Origin: Chiloscyllium plagiosum
Taxonomy: Eukaryota
Length of the DNA: 64,000 bases
Direction of reading: 5' to 3'
NCBI RefSeq assembly: GCF_004010195.1
Contig: NC_057719.1
Span: 85,224,260 to 85,288,259 of the forward strand
The notes below the pieces were generated by a model. It was not told where the DNA came from. It ran no database searches and saw only the letters and a list, made by a program, of their open reading frames with translations. Numbering within the stretch: position 1 is the stretch's first letter; each line of letters starts with the position of its first letter. A program made the position numbers and the translations under genes. Below are positions 49,036-61,120 of the stretch, one piece after another.

Positions 49036-49624
49036 AATATATGGAATGTATTCCCCCAAACTGATGGAGGAGGCCGATTCACTTCTCGCTTTCAAAAGGA
49101 TATTCCAAAATATAAAGAAATGATTTGCAGAGCTATGAGGAAAAGGCAGGGGGCTAGCATAAATGATTTGTTCCATTAGTGAGAAAGCAAAGACATGGGG
49201 GACCGAATGGCTCTGACTGTTCCATGACACTAACACGAATTAGTACAACTAAAATGAAATCAAATCTCACTGATAATGATTCTGAAACTGCCCCATAATC
49301 CTAAAATCCCTGGTTCACTCATCTATTCATGAAGGAATCTGCTTTCCTGACCAGGTCTTGCCTTCATATGACGCCAGCTCCAAATCAAGGTGGTTGACTC
49401 TGTAAACAAGCTATCCAGATTAGATCAAACCACAGGGCGCCCACATCTCAAGAATGAAGAAGATTCAAACTGGATGCAGTTACTATAGATCTGAGTTTTT
49501 CCTTTCTTGAGTGAATTGGAGTTGGGGCTGACTTTTGAAGGGCTGAATGGCCTTTGCTTTAAATCCTATTTTCCTATATATTCCACCTTCATGTTTTGTC
49601 TGGTTTTGATGCTTTGTGTAAAAT

Positions 49625-50740
49625 CATCAGCTGGGCCAGTGGGCTGAAGAATGGCAGATGGGAGTTTCATTTTGATAAATGTATAATGTTACATTTTGGT
49701 ATGGTAAACTAGGACAGGACTTACACAGTCAATGGTAGAGCACTGGGGAGTGTTAACAAGATCTAGGGATACAGATTCATGGCTCCTTGAAAATGGAATC
49801 ACAGGTAGACAGGGTGCTGAAGAAGGTTTCCAGCATGCTTGCTTTCATCAGTCAGAGCACTGAATATAGGAGTTGGGGCAAGTTGTTGCAGCTGCACAAC
49901 ACATTGATGAGGCCATGTTTGGACTACTGCATGCAGTTCTGGTCACCCTACTATAGGAAAGATATTATTAAACCAGTAAGAGTGCAGAAACTATTTACTG
50001 GGATGCTATCTGGACTGGAAGGTTTGAGGTTAAGGAGAAGTTGGATAGACTGGGTCATTTTCCCCTGGAGTAGGAGTCTGAGGGGTCACCTTATAGAGGT
50101 TTATAAAATCATTAGAGGCTTAGATAAGGTAGATAGCCAACAGCCTTTCCCCACAGTACAAGAGTCTAAAACTAGAGGGCATAGGTTTAAGGTGAGAGGG
50201 GAGAGATACATAAAAGTCCAGGTCGGGAATTTCTTTCACCGAGAAGAGCATCTGGAATGGGCTTCCAGAGGTGGGTGGTGGAAGCGAGTACAATTTTGTC
50301 ATTTAAGAAACATTTACACAGGTACGTGGATGATAGAGGGATATTTGTGGGCAGCACGGTGGCATAGTGGCTAGCACTGCTACCTCACAGTGCCAGAGAC
50401 CTGGGTTCAATTCCCACCTCAGGCGACTATGTGTGGAGTTTGCACGTTCTCCCCGTGTCTGCGTGGGTTTTCTCCGGGTGCTCCGGTTTCCTTCCACAGT
50501 CCCAAAATGTGCAGGTTAGGTGAATTGGCCAAGTTAAATTGCCCGTAGTGTTAGGTGAAGAGATAAATGTAGGGGTCTGCGTGGTTTGTGGGTCGGTGTG
50601 GACTTGTTGGGCCGAAGGGCCTGTTTCCACACTAAGCAATCTAATCTTAAGAAACAAAGGCAGCAAACTGAACTAGTTTAAATTGTGAAAACTGGGCAAG
50701 TTGCGCTGAAAGACTTGTTTCCATGCTATAGATTTCTATG
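49625..50740 (+). mobile_element. CR1 3' fragment interrupted by an HE1 SINE
   Basis: ORF 49787-50374 ESQVDRVLKK...MRPCLDYCMQFWSP...RGHRFKVRG. Confidence 0.9.
50349..50648 (+). mobile_element. Full-length HE1-type SINE
   Basis: GGGCAGCACGGTGGCATAGTGG...GGGTTCAATTCC...TTTCCACACT..AATCTAATCT. Confidence 0.92.
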
Positions 50741-51492
50741 AACTAGTGAGGTCTAAGGAGCTCCCACACCTAAAGGCAAATTAATTGCAGCCAATTTACC
50801 CATACTTTCAGATATCAGCATATCCAGCAGAAATTTGTGTTGCAAGGGTACAGTTTTCCACAAGAGTATCTCTCAGGCATGCAGAGCTACCAGTAGAGGA
50901 TAGATGAGCTTCTGAGAATCTCTCTCAAATTCCAGAACAGGCCAATCTGAAATGAAAGTTAAACAGATAATGCTGGAAATAGTGGAGTAGACAGTGTCTG
51001 TGGAGAGTTAACATTTCACCTCAATGACCTTCACTCACTGTGTCACAACAGGGATTAAATATCACAGCCCAAAAAGATATTCTCTGATAGCACTGGAATG
51101 TTGTTTTATTGTTCAAAAGGCACACTGCAGCAATTTTTAATCAACTTTTTTTTAGGGATGTCACAACACATTTCTGGAACATGTGACTTGAACCCAGAAC
51201 TTTGTGGTCCAGGGATATGGCACTACCACTGATACAAGATTCCTACATGCCATACCACATCCTTGTCATTTGTGTGATTGCCATCTAGGGCTGACACCAG
51301 TATATTCTGGGTGCTTGAGAGAATTGAACACTGCAACAGATCTAAAAAAAGACCAGCCTTGACAATCCTGACTCCCACTCAGTTTGTCAGCGAACAATTG
51401 GCAATGAGACAGTATAACATGAAACTATCTTCAGTTGTACTTTATCAAATTGGAATTGTACTTTTCACACTTTTTAAAATAACACACATATC

Positions 51493-51583
51493 AACCATGA
51501 TTCAATGCATTCTCTGCACCCTCCCCACAAAATAGTTACAATATTTTGTGGGGAGGGTGCAGAGAATGCAGTGAATCATGGTT
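51493..51583. repeat. Near-perfect inverted repeat: 42-bp arms, 7-nt loop
   Basis: 51493-51534 is the reverse complement of 51542-51583 at 41 of 42 positions. Confidence 0.97.
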
Positions 51584-52621
51584 AAAGGGATGAGAACTCA
51601 TCATTTCCCAGTAGATCAGGTAACATACTGGCACTTTTACCAATTTAAACTCTACATTATGTATTCTGCAGTATGAGTATTCCCCGAAGCCTGCTCCTTT
51701 GCTTTTTTACTTGAGTTGATCCTGTGTATATTGGCAATTTGCTCTAAATATCTTGCTTCACTTTTATCACAATTGTGTTTATTTTCTGGAGACAAAACCA
51801 GCTCTCTCCTCATGTTACTTGTTCTCCATAAGCCCTGTGCTGACCTCTGCTGAATCACAGTTAGAACTGTTTCAGGACTTTTAGATCCAATTTCTTAGTT
51901 TTTGTTCTTATGGGAGGTCTTAAAGTGTATTGCACGGAGAATGGATGTCAATCCAGAGCAACACACGATCTGATAACTTTAAGAACTCTGAGGCTACCTC
52001 AAATTGTCATGATACATGAGTGACAGATATTGCAGTGTCTCAAAGACTAGGAAAGGGAGTTAGCCAGCCATGAAATCCTGCACTACTTCATTGTAGGCCA
52101 AGTACACCTTTCCTCCACTAAATGCAGTCACCAAATATTAGACAAAAGGAGAAGAGAGCAAATGAGGCAATTATGGTACTAAAGTAATTAAAGAGATGGG
52201 GAAAAATGAGACTATGGTATTTTTGTTTTGAATGGGAGATGGGTGGGTACAGACAAGATGTTAAATAGATGGATAAGAATCCTAAATATGATAAGTTTAT
52301 GGGGATTGAGTAGTAAATGTGTGGGACACTGCAGCATGGAATACAGGCAGCTGAGGTTTGAATTATGAATTACAGGAGTCTGACTAGGACAGCAATAGAA
52401 TAGTAGAGCCTGTAGGTGATACCAACATCAAGAATGCTAAAAATTGAGTGCGTATGAGGATGAAAATTCCATTTAAAGTAAAATAAATTACTGAAGCAGT
52501 GACCTACCCATGAGAGGGGCTTCAGCACACAATACATTTTCAGTCAAAACCTTGATGTGAAAATAGTGATTTAAGAAGAAATACACATTAATGAGAGATT
52601 AATTCATATTTGTATCCACAG

Positions 52622-52757
52622 TTCGGAATTTCGTGTGAGAGATCCTCCACGGCTGGTGCTGGACAAACTGGAGGCAATTGGCTATAGTGTGATCAGCATG
52701 ACCGGGTTAGGACAGACACTAGTCTGGTGTCTGCACAAAGCTTCGGATAAATCTTAG
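52622..52757 (+). CDS. GCHFR: GCHFR coding exon 3 (SEFRVRDPPRLVLDKLEAIGYSVISMTGLGQTLVWCLHKASDKS*)
   Basis: TATCCACAG| acceptor, phase compatible with exon 2; matches recalled DPPRIVLDKLE...SMTGVGQTLVWCLHK; spliced CDS 36+95+136=267 nt, 88 aa. Confidence 0.97.
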
Positions 52758-53847
52758 CCAAATGGAATCTCTACCATTATATCAGTATCGCTAGACTGAA
52801 TGGATATCGAGACAAGATTATCGCACATATTGCTTAGAGACTTTCATACAGCATACATTCCATCAGAAATGTTTCAAAGACTGAGGATACACTAATGTCC
52901 TCCAATCCCTACTTTCTCGCATTTCACCAATTTTTATGGAGTGTAGTCTTCATCCGACAGACATCCTAAATGTATGCACCTTAGTGTTCGATGTTTCACG
53001 GTTTGATCAGATTTAAGTATCACTTATCAGACACATACACTTTGCAGTAAATGCTAGCTAATGATCAAGAGCATTTTTTTCAGATTAACTTTACTCCCTT
53101 CCTAGTACTGGTCACTAAGAACTACAAGCAGACATGTTTAGTGACTAAACCTTAAAAGTCCTAATGGCTCGTCACCATATTGATCAATATAAATAACAGC
53201 TAATAGGGGAGCTAGCACCACAAAGGCACTTGAATATTCAGTTTGAAATTGATAAATCCTATGGGAATGAGACTCCAATTGTACATAATGCTTACTCCCT
53301 CTGTTGGAGTGTGATTTCTGCTTAGTAGCCAACAATGTCGTAATATTATTGCAACAGGGAGCTTGTGGTTGATGACCAGTGTTACACTGGGATATAGCTT
53401 GCCCAATTTATCCAGCTAGCTAAAGACACTAAGCAGCTGTGCTGTTCAGCCCAGGGAAGTCCCACATTCAATCCCTTGCTGCTTCTAACCAAGAGTAAGG
53501 GAAGCAAAGATTAACTGGAAAACCTACTGTTACCCATCATTCAGTGATCCATGCTGGGAATGAGTGTTAATTTTCAATGAGTGAAATTGCTCATGTCCTC
53601 TGCGGTTGAGCAACAACATATGTAAGAGTTATTGTGTTTCAAAGGAATGAATTGTTCGGAAGGCACTTACTGAGAATGATGAGGTGCCATTTAAATGCAA
53701 GCTTTATCTTTTTCTTTGCTGACGTTCACTTCAGTTTCACAATGGAATCATGCCCTTTTGAATGAGGGTCAACTAAATTAGAGGATGATAATTTATAATC
53801 TGTGTTGTCTATCATTTTGTTCATATACAACTGATAATTAGAACTAC

Positions 53848-53919
53848 AATAAACATCTGGAGATCAGCTCACATTTCGAACTCAACTTCAATAAAGCTGA
53901 TACTTTTATTCGTTTTATT
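53848..53919. terminator. Cluster of poly(A) signals on both strands (GCHFR +, DNAJC17 -)
   Basis: AATAAA on plus at 53848 and 53890; TTTATT (minus-strand AATAAA) at 53905 and 53914. Confidence 0.5.
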
Positions 53920-54343
53920 TTGTGTTTCTGAGAATCTGTGCATCATTTGGCTAATGATGAGAGTTTATCAAACATTCATGGCTCCATAGGTAAAAGAGAG
54001 AAAAAAAATCAGCCTAACTAGTTGTTTGGTCCTTGGTTTTATTCCTCAAACATTTGTACTGAACGTCCAATCTACAGTCAGATGGGTGACAGTCTGGGAC
54101 ATCAGAGGTTAGGGAGATAAGAGATCATTGACTTATTTGCTCAATGTATTTCTTCCATGTGGAAGCTCAGCATGTCTGGGGATAAAGTAATACATGTCAA
54201 CATATCTCCTTGGTAGTCTACAGGGTAATCTCAAGCACAGACTCACGCAGAGAACAATGAATGCCGATTAATAAAAATAAAGAGCAGTTTATTCCAGTTC
54301 AAGGGAAACAGAAGGGAATCTGAAGCATTTGCCAATGCCAAGT

Positions 54344-54451
54344 TTAAGAATCATCCTCTTGAAGTTGTTTGATGAGCCGCTGTCGTTCTGCTGCCTGTCG
54401 CATCCGCATCATCACAAGACTTTCATAATCTCGCTCTGTGCGTGCTGTATT
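54344..54451 (-). CDS. DNAJC17: DNAJC17 last coding exon ([35 protein letters not shown]); upstream exons lie beyond the window
   Basis: TTTTCCAG| acceptor, phase 0; [19 protein letters not shown] matches the recalled DNAJC17 C-terminus; convergent with GCHFR as in mammals. Confidence 0.95.
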   Translation of the reverse strand, partial: NTARTERDYESLVMMRMRQAAERQRLIKQLQEDDS

Positions 54452-54765
54452 CTGGAAAACAAAAGGATGCACTATCAGCACTGAACATTTGAATCGCTAA
54501 TGTATTGCAAAATTAAAGTCTGTTGCAAAAACCTGCATAGCTTCAATGGTGTCAGCCACTCCTGAAAGGGATGCTTTTATGAAGGTTTGATGCACTGCTC
54601 AAACTCAGGGATACGACAACATTGTAAGCTGAGCTATCAAATTATCTCCTTTGTTTCAATCTCTCCTAAGGTAGATTGAGTATACACTTTAGGGATAATA
54701 TGAAACATTCAGAAACTTGATTTCATATATACAGCAATAGTTAAGATCAGGTTCACTTGTTCTTG

Positions 54766-55454
54766 TGTCATGCAACCAGGCCACACTTGTCCATCTCAGT
54801 GGGTCACCACTGTTATGGACCACAATCAGACCTCTTCAAAATATTTTAATGTATCCTTGACCCTAACTTTTCTTATTTTAAAAGGCAAATGTAAAGTCTC
54901 TGTTCCAGATGCAATGCGACTGGTCAAACTACTCTACTTGAGGTTAAGCAAAACACAATTTATTTAAACACTGAAGTTAAAATACAACCAAAGAAAGAGG
55001 AATTTAGAATAACTTTGTTAGAAAACTTAACAGAATAATAGTTACAGTAATTATTAATAATTAACGGTTCCAATATAGTAACATCCCATAAACAAACACC
55101 TTGGCCAAAAAAAAGGAAAATTCAGACACAGATTCTCACATGCAGTTCTCCAATTCAGGAGGCAAAAAACATCAAGACAAAATTCAGAAAGAATAACAAT
55201 CAGGAGACGTTCACTGAAGCCTCCAATTCTGTTGAGACCCCAATAGTTTCTGATGCCACTGAAAATCTAAAGCCCAGAAATCCTAATCTGAGACTGGTGG
55301 CCACACCCATTCAGGCTGTTTAAAAATATCCAAGGCCTTCCAAGCTGTTTACCCAAGTGGTGGTAAGTAGCCAACTTGACATCTCTGCCTTACAATCACT
55401 CTTAAAGAAAAAGAATAGGCTGAAATAACCTCTTAAAGTGACAGCATCGTCACA
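54766..55454 (-). mobile_element. Solo LTR-like repeat
   Basis: Minus strand TGTGAC...CATGACA termini, non-coding; no clear TSD. Confidence 0.45.
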
Positions 55455-55587
55455 CCACTCTTGATAAATTCATTTCTAACTCACCAATATTATGATGCAG
55501 TTAGCATTTTTCAGGGCCTCAATACTCTGAGGAGAATAAATTTTAATTCATATGACACCTTTCACAATGTCAGGATGTTTACAGAAT

Positions 55588-57090
55588 ATAGAAACATACA
55601 AAAAAGGAGCAAAAGTAGAAACTGGTCCAACATTCAATATGATCATGGCTGATCCTCTATCTTCACACCAAACTATTGCTGTCTCCCATACTCCCTGAAT
55701 CATCAATTTCTTTGCAAAATAGATTCATTAACTTGAGCACTGTGGATTTATGTAATAGAGAGTTCCACAAGTTCACCACCCTGTGAGTGAAGAAATTTTT
55801 CATTTCATTCTGAAATGGCCTAGCCAGCCCCATGAGAAGTTTGCTTAGTTCAGTGAGATCCCACAGTGAATACAGACCCAGTCGACACAATCTCTTCTCA
55901 CATAGCAATCCTGTCATTCCAGGAATCAGTCTGGTGAACATACAGTGCACTCTCTACAGCAAATATGTCCTTTCTTATGTAAGGAGATCAAAACTGCACA
56001 TAATATTGCAAATGTAGTTTCACTTGCTGTAGCTCTACAGAGCTTCAGGTGACATCCTTGCTCCTATATTCAAATCCTCTTACAGTAAAGACCATTTGCT
56101 TTTCTAACTGCTTGCTGCATCTACACTAACAGAAGCAGAAATTACTAGAAAAATTCAGGAGGTCTGGCAGCATCTGTAGAGACAGTTGTTTTCATTGGCT
56201 GGTGTACAGAGACACCCATGTCTCTTCGTACATCAATATTTCCCAATCTACTACCATTTAAGCAATACTCTGCCATTCTGTTTCTCCTATCAAATTTATT
56301 CATGCTATACTACACGTGCCACAAACTTGCCCAATCACTCAATTTGTCTAAATCATCTTAAAGCTTCTTTACATCCTCACCATCCACATTGTGGGCAGCA
56401 CGGTGGCACAGTGGTTAGCACTGCTGCCTCACAGTGCCAGAGACCCGGGTTCAATTCCCGCCTCAGGCGACTAACTGTGTGGAGTTTGCACGTTCTCCAC
56501 GTGTCTGCGTGGTTTCCTCCAGGTGCTCCGGTTTCCTCCCACAATCCAAAGATGTGCAGGTCAGGTGAATTGGCCATGCTAAATTGCCCGTAGTGTTAGG
56601 TAAGGGGTAAATATAGGGGTATGGGTGGGTTGCGCTTCGGCGGGGCGGTGTAGACTTGTTGGGCTGAAGGGCCTGTTTCCACACTGTAAGTAATCTAATT
56701 TCCTAGTTTTTAAGTAACAACTTGGAAATATTACGTTTGGTTCCCTCATTCAAATCATTGATCTATGTATTGAACAGCTCAGGCCCAAGCACCAATTGCT
56801 GTGGTACCCCAATTAGTTCGTAGCTTTCTACTCTAAAAATGGCCCATTTATTCCTACGCTGTACGGTAGACAATTCTCAATTGTGCCTATATATTACCCC
56901 AATCCATATGCTTTCATTTTGTACACTAAACTCCTAGGTGTGGCTGTATTGAAAGCTTTCTGAAAATCCAAATGCAATGTTGATTGGTTCCCCTTTATTG
57001 ATTCTATAAGTTACATCATCAAAAAACTCATGGGTTTGTTAAGGACAGTTTCCCTTTCATAAATCCATTCTGACTTTGTTTAATTTTGTA
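55588..57090 (-). mobile_element. Old CR1 RT/3' fragment with nested elements
   Basis: FTRLIPGMTGL..EKRL.RLGLYSL; NFFTHRVVNLWNSL. Confidence 0.75.
56393..56699 (+). mobile_element. Full-length young HE1-type SINE
   Basis: Intact A/B boxes (GTGGCACAGTGG, GGTTCAATTCC), CpGs retained, GTAATCTAAT tail. Confidence 0.95.
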
Positions 57091-57475
57091 CAAAACCCAT
57101 CACCGAGAGTGCAGCAGAAGCTACTGATCAAGCCGACTGGGTCCTAAAATACATTGCTGCTAGACTGGATCTGTGGTAGCTAGTGACCGGCATCTACCTG
57201 ACCATGTGGAAAATTGCTCTCTTACATCTTGTATCTGAAAAGCAGGTCAAATCCAACACGGTCAATTACTGCCCTGTTAGTTTACTCTCAATTGCAAAGA
57301 AATGGACGGTATCATCGGCAGTGAGACCAAGCAGCACTTGGTCAATACTAATACTCACTTTGGGCTCCACCAGGGACACTCAGCTCCTGATCTTATAACT
57401 GACAAGTATGGGCAACAGAACTAAACTCAACATACAGTGCCTGATCAAATGCCTGGTGTAAATGATAAACAAGGC

Positions 57476-57662
57476 AAAAACAAGGAGTGCAGATGCTGGA
57501 AACCAGAGTCTAGATTAGAGTGGTGCTGGAAAAGCACAGCAGGTCAGGCAGCATCCGAGGAGCAGGAAAATCGACATTTCGGGCAAAAGCCACGTCGATT
57601 TTCCTGCTCCTCAGATGCTGCCTGACCTGCTGTGCTTTTCCAACACCACTCTAATCTAAATT
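57476..57662. mobile_element. Fold-back PLE-derived mini-element (65-bp arms) with TSD
   Basis: 57511-57575 pairs with 57594-57658 (about 2 mismatches); ATAAACAAGGC at 57465 and ATAAACAAAGC at 57663. Confidence 0.88.
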
Positions 57663-57954
57663 ATAAACAAAGCTTGGCAACTGTCAGTTGTCACGAAGGG
57701 TGGATTCTCTGTGGCAATGTCTCTACTAGAATCCTAAATAATTAGCAATCTCCTTTGATACAATGTAAATGCTGTTTTTTCTCTACTTTGGTAATTCTTG
57801 TGAATTGTCCTGATGCATGCAAGAGGAAAAGCATCAACAAAATGTGTTTCTTTTTATCAGCAATGTTCACATTCTCTCCTGCAGAATGATCTTTTGTGGA
57901 AGAGTCATGGTTACTGCCTTTCTGTAAGGAGGATTCCAATGTTTACTCCAAAAA

Positions 57955-58255
57955 TATAAGCTTGCGTGATATTCCTTGACAGTACTGAGAAAGGTACATT
58001 ACGATGAGGTGTTAAACCAAGACACTGCCTGTTTTCTCAGGTAGACATAGATAATCCCACGGCAATATTTCCCAATGGTTAGTACTCAGCCAAGATTCTC
58101 AGAATATCTGCTCATTATCATATCTGTTTATGGGAGCTTGCTGTTCACAAATTGATCCCATATTTTCTATGCTCTCTCAGTACCAACAATTCAATAGCAA
58201 TTTGTTGGCAGTAAACTGCTTTGGAATGTCCTGAGATGTTGAACAGCACTGAATA
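57955..58255 (+). mobile_element. Diverged Deu-domain SINE
   Basis: GATGAGGTGTTAAACCAAGAC...CTCAGGTAGAC.TA.ATAATCCCACGGCA...TCATTATCA...TGGGAGCTTGCTGT...TTGGCAGTAAA. Confidence 0.7.
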
Positions 58256-58719
58256 ACACTCCTGGTGTGCAAACTTTTAATGTGGCACAAATTATTTCCA
58301 GTGTATAAACGGTCAGTGAACCAGACCGCACCCTCTAGACAGTCTTCTCAATCACTGGTGTCGTAGAGCAGAATCCCACAATATCACATCATGGGACAAC
58401 TATGCAAAGTACCTGTGCATAGTTTAATTTGAAAAACTGAAACACCAACAAGAGAGTCATGTAAGTGACATTAATGGTCCAGTTATTTTCCCTTGATGCA
58501 TCTGCCAGTTTGAGCTCAGTTGAAACATTCTCTTTCAGATTCAACCTGATTTCTTCATATAACATTAGATGCTTTTACACATAATTAACATACAAAATTA
58601 AAATGATTGACTTATTGTCTGTTAATTAGATCTCAATTAATTTTTCTGAAATGGTCTCATTCTGCTTCGATTTTCTCTGCTCATACACCACACGCTAAAT
58701 GAGCATGTAGTAGAGCTCT

Positions 58720-59174
58720 CTTGATACAGATGTGGGTCTCAATGAAGAGGAAAGAGAAGTAAAGAGATCGTGGGAAGAGACTGGTAGCTAACATAAATGG
58801 GAATGCAAAAGTCTTCCTCAGGCAGATGAATAGTAAAACAGGAGTGAGGGAAGAGGTGGCACCAATTAGGTAGCTAATTGATGCTCTATGCATCGAGATT
58901 GGAGATATGATTAAGGTACTAAATGCTAAAGTCAGAGCGTCGCAGGAATGAGTTGAGACCCTGCATGGGCTAATAATTGATAAGAAAGAGCTATTAGAAA
59001 AACTGGCTGCATTTAAAGCTGGTAAGTCACCAGGATTGGATGGGATGTATCAGTGGATGCTGAGAATACAAGATCACAAGTGCTGAGAAAGTAAAGGTGG
59101 AAACTAAGATATACTAACTCTTTTGAAACAGGTTTTTTGCCAGAGGACTTGTTCAAAAAAGTGTGTACTCTACC

Positions 59175-59223
<49 letters not shown>

Positions 59224-60785
59224 AAGCTAGCGGACAAGTATTGTAGAATGGGAGGTAAAAGATAGGTTTAAGGGAAAGGAGTTGTAAATAGTTGTTCGTT
59301 TAATGTTCCCTGTTGGACTTAAGGAATAAAATTGTTAATTTTTACTTCAAGTAGTGACATCTGGGATAGTTCTTTGCCTTTTGACATGTAACCGACTACG
59401 GCGCAAGGTGAGCTTCTCTGTATGTCGGATTAAAAATTAGCAGAGGGGTTTAACCCGTGCCATAATAAAGGAGAAGCACAGGAATGACAGTTCTGTTCTT
59501 CTTGATGGGAAAACTTTCAGAAATACTAATCCAGAACAAATTTAGCAGTCACTTGTATAACTCTGTATTAATGGAGGAAATACAGTATGGATTTGTTAAA
59601 GGTAAGGTTAAACTAACTTAATACTTTTGAAGAGATAACAAAGGGTTGATGATGGCAAAACCTTTGATGTGGTGTATACAGACTTCCAAAAGATATTTGG
59701 TAAGAGATGTATCTGCAGAATTCAAGCCCTAATCTTAGGAATAGTCACTGATAGGTACAAGATTAGCTGAGTTCAGGAATCAGAGAGCAATGGTGAGCAG
59801 TTGTTTTTCAGGCTGCAGTAATGAATACAGCCTGGATCCCTAGTGTCAAGGCCAAGTTTGCTGCCTTTTGTGACACATATTAATTACCTTGACTTTACTG
59901 TACAGAGGCACCATTTGAAAATTTGCAGATGACATAAAACCTGAAAGCACTGCAAACTATAACCAGGCTAATGATAGATTTTAAGAGGACAAAGGCAGGT
60001 CTTGTGGAATGGGCGGACGAATGCAGATAAAATTTCACGCAGTAGAATACAGAGCACAAACAGCCAATGTAAAGGTACAATTCTAAAGTGGGTGCAGAAA
60101 GACAAGGGTAAAGAGATATACGTGTACAAATAACTGAAAGTTAAAGGGCAGGTTGAGAGAGTGCTTGAAAAAAATATTTAAGATCCCAAACTTTATAAAC
60201 AGAGACACAGAATATAAAAGCATAGAAACACAGAAAATAGGAGCTGGAGTTGACATTCAGCTCTTCAAGCTTGCTCCCCCAAACAATGCAATCATGACTG
60301 ATCATCTTTCTCAATAACCAGGTCCCGGTTTCTCCCAAGCTGTTTGATCCATTTAGCCCTCAGAACTATATCCAATTTCTTCTTGAAAGTATTCAATGTT
60401 TTGGCTTCTTTTGAAGTTTTTGTCGCTTTCTACGGCAGAGAATTCCGCAGGCTCACCACTCTCTGGGTGAAGACATTTCTCCTCTTCTCAATTCTAAATG
60501 GCCTACCCAATGTCTTTACACTGACTCCTGGCTCCAGGCCCCCTGGTCATCGGGAACATCCTGCAGACATTTACCGCAACAAGGAAGACGTGATGAATCT
60601 TTGGTTTGGTCCCAGCTATTGTGTCCGAATCTGAGCACTGCATTTCAGAATGGCTGGAAATGCTTTATACAGAGTGCAGAAAAGATATATAGGAATGGTT
60701 CCAATGATAAGAAGTTCAGGTATCAGAAGACATTTGAGAGGTTGGGGTTGTTCCCTTTGGAGAAGTGAATATTGAGAACACGTTT
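58720..60785 (+). mobile_element. Old CR1 ORF2 remnants with nested LTR-like (about 59220-59468) and minus-strand CR1 tail (about 60218-60570) insertions
   Basis: Decayed GFVKG, DVVY.DFQK.F and KFADD-encoding segments. Confidence 0.65.
59178..59218 (+). repeat. (GA)n microsatellite
   Basis: About 20 GA units. Confidence 0.98.
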
Positions 60786-60786
60786 A

Positions 60787-61120
60787 GGGTGGCACAGTGG
60801 ATCAGTAGTTAGCACTGCTGCCTCACAGTGCTAGTGACCTGGTTCTGATTCCAGCTTCAGGCTACTGTCTGTGTGGAGTTTGCACATGCTCCCAGTGTCT
60901 GCATGGGTTTCCTTTCACAATCCAAAGATGTGCAGGTTGGATGAATTGGCAATACTAAATTGCCCACACTGTTCAGGGATCTGTAGGTTAGGTGAATTAG
61001 TCAGGGGAAATGTAGAGTTATAGGATAGGGGAATGGGTATGGATGGGATATTCTTCAGAGCGTCAGTGTGGACTTGTTGGGCCAAATGGCCTGTTTCCAC
61101 ACTGTAGGGTTTCTATGATT
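60787..61120 (+). mobile_element. HE1-type SINE
   Basis: GGGTGGCACAGTGGATCAGTAGTTAGCACTGCTGCCTCACAG...TTTCCACACTGTAGGGTTTCTATGATT. Confidence 0.9.

Noticed and set aside
56393..56465. tRNA genes at the SINE heads
   Set aside because: The A and B boxes continue into the HE1 body and LINE-derived tail; these are SINEs
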